48,235 nt of DNA from assembly GCA_000388065.2 (NCBI GenBank), contig KB932203.1. One strand, given 5' to 3'. This DNA is from Fonticula alba ATCC 38817 (lineage: Eukaryota > Protista > Nucleariida). The position numbers and the translations under genes were made by a program. Shown one piece after another: positions 47,732 through 48,235 of this stretch. The notes under the pieces were generated by a model, which saw only the letters and a list, made by a program, of their open reading frames with translations, searched no databases and was not told the DNA's origin. The stretch's first letter is position 1. Each line of letters starts with the position of its first letter.

Positions 47732-48140
47732 TCTTGTTTGTGGTTCAGGGGTCTGGGGGGGGGGGGGGGAGGTAAAGAGGGCTAATGAGGGCGAGAGACC
47801 GGTTCCGACGGATGGTCGCCGGAGGCAGGAAGCGTGTCACAAGCTTCGAGGCCGGAAGCTGCTCCGCCGGGGGCTCCCCCATCTTTCCCCTACGGGGCTG
47901 GGCCCTGGGCCACGGGTGATGTGGCGTTCCGACAGCGGGCCATTGCCGCCTCGGATAGCGGGAATCCACACTCTGGCCCGTGCACAGGGTGAGGAGAGAG
48001 GCGGGGGGGGGGGACTCAGGCACCGGGCCCGACACTTGTGTTGGTGACACACTTATCACCTTTCTCGGGGCAATGAGCTGACGCAGTGGATATATCTCCG
48101 GGAGCCCAGGGGTGGGGTGGGGGAAGAGGGGGGGGGGGGC

Positions 48141-48235
48141 GGGGGAGAAGAGAGCAGGCATGGGGGCATCTGTGGCGTTGGCCCCTCGTGCTGAGCCCTC
48201 GCTGAAGTGGCCACTGACTGTGCCGGCGCAACCTA
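48141..48235 (+). repeat. Repeat B, copy 2 (runs to window end)
   Basis: Identical to 44714-44808. Confidence 0.95.

Noticed and set aside
40100-48235. rDNA, 5S or snRNA array as the explanation for the repeats
   Set aside because: No 5S, rRNA or U1/U2/U4/U5/U6 signature sequences were found by eye.

Overview
GC-rich, intron-rich eukaryotic genomic DNA with many poly-C/poly-G runs and seven N gaps. The style and gene set suggest an opisthokont protist such as Fonticula alba; this is inference, not a database match. The six-frame ORF track is mostly GC-driven noise, and the real genes had to be rebuilt by splicing. Twelve spliced protein genes are supported: MCM2 (-), EME1/MMS4 (+), FCF1 (-), RPN9/PSMD13 (+, 3' end lost near a gap), GINS PSF1 (+), proteasome beta-2 (+), a CCDC59/FYV7-like rRNA-processing protein (+), La/SSB (-), coactosin (+), maspardin/SPG21 (+), a flavin-reductase-domain protein (+) and UBC8/UBE2H (-). 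About 1-5.5 kb and 40.1-48.2 kb contain no recognisable intact gene. The right-hand region has two exact 95-nt direct repeats about 3.3-3.4 kb apart and Cys-rich coding-like remnants. The most unusual signals are: (i) a 5' splice-site consensus dominated by C at intron position +4 (35 of 44 reconstructed coding introns); (ii) a ~140-aa SQ/TQ-cluster insertion in GINS Psf1; (iii) the putative ~3.3-kb duplication; (iv) a tight run of replication, proteasome and ribosome-biogenesis genes. No RNA gene, CRISPR array or intact mobile element could be supported, and I cannot claim a clearly novel multi-gene system.
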